The notes under the pieces were generated by a model that saw only the letters and a list, made by a program, of their open reading frames with translations, had not been told where the DNA came from and searched no databases. 64,000 nucleotides of DNA from Camelus dromedarius (Eukaryota), in contig NC_087467.1 in the NCBI RefSeq assembly GCF_036321535.1, positions 18,352,001 to 18,416,000 of the forward strand. Reading direction: 5' to 3'. Positions 62,901-64,000 of this stretch are shown in pieces. Numbering within the stretch: position 1 is the first letter of the stretch; the number at the start of each line of letters is the position of its first letter. A program made the translations under genes and the position numbers.

Positions 62901-64000
62901 AGATCTTTGATTTAAAAAAAAAGTGTATGTATATATCCTGTTGTATTACTGGAAGTGAAACCCTATCAAAAGATAATTTGAAGTTTGGAAAATGAAATAT
63001 CTGTCGGTTTTTATATTACAATGACTGCAAGTAGAACCTGACCAGGTCTTCTTGGCTCGAGGTGTTACTGCAAAGGGCTCTCAGTGTGACGGAGCGTGGA
63101 GGGGAGAGGGCAGAGAGGGACGGGGGTTGCTTTCCACATTTCCCTCAGGAGGATTTGTCCGAATTTCAGAGTGGAAGGAGGTCATTTATAGCAGGGATGA
63201 CTATGTGTATGTATCTATAGCATATCAACAGGTGGTTTGGATCCTTTAAAAGCTTGGGAACACTGTTCCATAACTGTATTCAATCCTGTTCTCTAAAACT
63301 TCATTGAAATTGCAATTCCAGAAATTCTATAACGAAGAGGTTCTTTTACATCTTGGGTCATTGACTCCTTAGATTATCTGTTGTAAGCTACAGACCCTCT
63401 TCTCCAGAAATAATTCACCTATGCACACTCACACAGATTGTGATTATAACTTCAGATGGTGGAAGGGGCTCTCTAAGGTCCATTCATTGATCCAGATTAA
63501 GATCTTCAGCTCTAAAAATAGTGAATACTACTTGAATTTCCGTAAATAAAGGGATACTTAAGTAAACTAACACAGACATTAAAAAGGTGATTCTCTCTAT
63601 ATTAATATAGACAGATGCTAAAGCTACATCAAATGAAAAAAGCAAGTTGTAGAACAGATTGGAATGATTTTGTCTGTGTGTCTGTTGCGTAACTATGATT
63701 CCATTTGTGCACATGCATAGGAAATATGTGGAGGGGTATTCAAGAAATTTGTATGATGTGTTACGTATCGTGGACACTTTCTCTAAATCAAGTAATATTT
63801 GGACCTTCCTCCCTCCATAAACTGGTATTTTCTGTATATATTAAGACAAACTAAGTGGATTAAAAGACAAATCATTTTTCTACAATACAATGTTTATAAT
63901 CTACTCCAAAAGCCCCAGACACTATGTATTTATTGCTCTCTAAATGAGATCTCTTCCTGTAACTGAGAACTTTGATCTCCTTTTCCTTCCTTGTTTTCCT

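Noticed and set aside
35102-64000. The 30-nt GVIKLSSAVE microexon I recall from rodent SAPAP1, and upstream DLGAP1 exons
   Set aside because: A manual scan found no match; they probably lie outside the window. A by-eye search can miss a diverged copy.
1-64000. Prokaryote-style novel system (operon, CRISPR array, defence island)
   Set aside because: The sequence is mammalian intron with no gene-dense region or repeat-spacer array.

Overview
Mammalian genomic DNA, very probably from a camelid (alpaca/llama/camel): ten copies of a tRNA-Ala-derived SINE match the camelid Vic-1 type. The window lies inside DLGAP1 (SAPAP1/GKAP, a postsynaptic scaffold) on the minus strand. It contains three consecutive coding exons: 34707-(34969+, 5' part hidden by an N gap), 28036-28127 and 11945-12366. 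They have GT-AG boundaries where visible and splice in frame to ...RCLSIGIQ|VDDAEE...EEEK|CFRRFTRSNSVTTAVQ...LPED|. The rest is intron: L1, L2, MIR, MaLR/ERV LTRs, hAT DNA transposons, an RPL39 processed pseudogene, four N gaps, an intragenic CpG island, a CTCF motif, and two CpG-enriched regions with plus-strand splice donors that may correspond to DLGAP1 antisense lncRNAs. Almost all ORFs in the supplied track are spurious. I see no convincing new multi-gene system. The best leads are a cryptic cassette exon at the junction that forms a dynein-LC8 motif, a 16-nt identity between the SINE tail and a MaLR LTR, candidate antisense promoters, and apparently AT-to-GC biased substitutions in the exons. 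Repeat subfamily names and orthologue comparisons come from memory and need database checks.
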